59,169 nucleotides of DNA from a virus (lineage: Duplodnaviria > Caudoviricetes). The notes beneath the pieces are model-generated. The model was not told where the DNA came from, made no database searches, and saw nothing but the letters and a program-made list of their open reading frames with translations. Where the stretch lies: IMG/VR virus record IMGVR_UViG_3300024328_000748, positions 1 through 59,169 of that record, one strand, 5' to 3'. This document shows, one piece after another, positions 57,785-59,169 of this stretch (positions within the stretch are counted from its first letter, which is position 1; each line of letters begins with the position of its first letter). A program made the position numbers and the translations under genes.

Positions 57785-58851
57785 ACGTCTAAACATTCTT
57801 TCCAGTCTATTTTTCTAATAGTAGAAAGGGTGTCGTAATAAGAAAGCATCATTGCTCTAAGTTTATCATAATCTTCTTGTGTGCTATTGAACTTGAGTAA
57901 CTTATTAAGTTTCTTATTATCTAAACTTCTTGCTTTCTCAATAATATGCGGTTGTGCTAAAAATGGTTGTAGATGCTTTGGCTTATAAACACTATTTGCA
58001 TCCCATCTAATATTTCTTTGTTGACACCAATCTATTAATTGTGGTAAACTGTCCACACTACCTGCTTGCAAACTTGTTTCAATGTTAACAGTAATATTAT
58101 CGTATTCTAACATTTTGTCAATATTACTTTCTATCTTATTCCATTTAAGTGGCCAGCGTATAAAGTCATTAGCAGTACCATATGCATCTATACTAACATT
58201 AATATAAACTTCTCTGAATCTCTTTAGTGTTTCTTGTAAACGTTTGCTAAAGCTACCGCCATTGCTTGTTATTTGTATACGCATGTCACTGTTAAGTTCA
58301 ACAAGTTGTGTTAGAAAATCATCTAGCAATCCTCTAACTGTAGGTTCACCGCCTGTGAATCTGATACGTTTTGCTCGGCGAGCAAACTCAATTACTTCTC
58401 TAAATTTGTTCTCATCTTCAAACCAATTTGTTTCTAATGGGCTACTAAAAACTCTAAACTGTTCCAATTGTGGATTTGATTTGTTTTCAGCATCAAGTAA
58501 ACTACTGTTGTATGCACTACACATAATACAGCCTGCATTACATATATTGCCAAACTTAATTTCCATATCAAACAGATCAAATTCTTCTCTATCTGGATAT
58601 CTACTTTCGCCAGTTTGTACCATGCCTTCTATGCCAGCTTCTTCATCTAAAGCACATTCGTTGCAACCTACAGAAAACTTATCTGCTTTCATGTCAGTCA
58701 TTACGTTTTTATAGAAGTCACTATTCAAGTAATCCTCTATACTATTTGTTGCTACATCTAATTGATTGTCTTGTTCTTCCCATGCACAACAGGGTCTGTA
58801 TTTGCCTGTAGAACTTATACTTACATGGTTTGACGGCCATTTACACTTCAT
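57781..58851 (-). CDS. Radical SAM protein with N-terminal SPASM/twitch domain
   Basis: CKWP...GKYRPCC...CNEC; CNAGCIMC, FTGGEP, SIDA; TATAAATA-N5-ATG. Confidence 0.87.
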   Translation of the reverse strand: MKCKWPSNHVSISSTGKYRPCCAWEEQDNQLDVATNSIEDYLNSDFYKNVMTDMKADKFSVGCNECALDEEAGIEGMVQTGESRYPDREEFDLFDMEIKFGNICNAGCIMCSAYNSSLLDAENKSNPQLEQFRVFSSPLETNWFEDENKFREVIEFARRAKRIRFTGGEPTVRGLLDDFLTQLVELNSDMRIQITSNGGSFSKRLQETLKRFREVYINVSIDAYGTANDFIRWPLKWNKIESNIDKMLEYDNITVNIETSLQAGSVDSLPQLIDWCQQRNIRWDANSVYKPKHLQPFLAQPHIIEKARSLDNKKLNKLLKFNSTQEDYDKLRAMMLSYYDTLSTIRKIDWKECLDV

Positions 58852-58880
58852 ATTACTATTTATAAGGTAAATACAAGTGG

Positions 58881-58909
58881 TTGCAAGAATATGCAACTTG
58901 TAGTATAAT
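58881..58909 (+). promoter_or_regulatory. Sigma70-type promoter for iscU
   Basis: TTGCAA-N17-TATAAT. Confidence 0.55.
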
Positions 58910-58933
58910 TATAGTTATTTTACAGGAAATATT

Positions 58934-59169
58934 ATGGCTTATTCAGAAAAAGTGTTAGACCATTATAATAATCCACGTAACGTAGGTAAATTTGATCCAA
59001 AAGACCCTGACATTGGAACAGGCATGGTAGGTGCACCTGCATGTGGAGACGTTATGCGTTTACAAATAAAAGTAAACGATGAAGGAATTATAGAAGATGC
59101 AAAATTTAAAACATACGGATGCGGCAGTGCTATTGCCAGTTCAAGCATGGTAACAACAATGCTAAAAGG
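58934..59169 (+). CDS. iscU: Fe-S cluster scaffold IscU (partial, runs off the window)
   Basis: MAYSEKVLDHYNNPRNVG...GAPACGDVMRLQI...FKTYGCGSAIASSS. Confidence 0.95.
   Translation, partial: MAYSEKVLDHYNNPRNVGKFDPKDPDIGTGMVGAPACGDVMRLQIKVNDEGIIEDAKFKTYGCGSAIASSSMVTTMLK

Noticed and set aside
1-59169. Stop-codon reassignment, as in some large phages
   Set aside because: Known genes are full length in code 11, and TAG, TGA and TAA all terminate recognisable genes (for example clpP and infC end in TAG).
1-59169. CRISPR array or Cas system (Cas4-like gene at 13861)
   Set aside because: No regularly spaced repeats were seen, and the nuclease is a common stand-alone phage exonuclease.

Overview
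This window is a 59 kb segment of a large, AT-rich, T4-like (myovirus-type) bacteriophage genome read in the standard code. The host is probably a marine proteobacterium, possibly an alphaproteobacterium judging from the bS21, ClpP and DUF1127 styles (inference). From left to right it contains: (1) a miniature DnaE-like gene, primase and gp41/DnaB helicase; (2) a block of probable head/virion proteins, including a Pol-beta-type nucleotidyltransferase and a KxDG protein; (3) an exonuclease, nrdA-nrdB-glutaredoxin, a PAAR-like gene and tRNA-Thr(TGT)/tRNA-Ala(TGC); (4) a large tailoring-enzyme island with two adenylate-forming enzymes, a methyltransferase, a B12 radical SAM, 2OG oxygenases, PncA, Fpr and further radical SAMs; (5) early-promoter cassettes with an endonuclease-like gene plus DNA methyltransferase and a Mesh1-like hydrolase; (6) a host-takeover cluster of clpP, clpX, infC, rpsU, hsp20 and clpS; (7) guaC, a ~250-nt multi-hairpin RNA leading five tiny coupled ORFs (DUF3563-like, DUF1127), a degenerate DNA ligase, a duplicated split radical SAM/SPASM unit and the start of iscU. 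Three signals stand out: the structured RNA plus small-protein operon, at least 11 genes whose ATG sits exactly at the predicted transcription start (leaderless) in a phage that encodes its own IF3 and bS21, and a second structured RNA at 32248. All family assignments come from motif recognition by eye, not from database searches.
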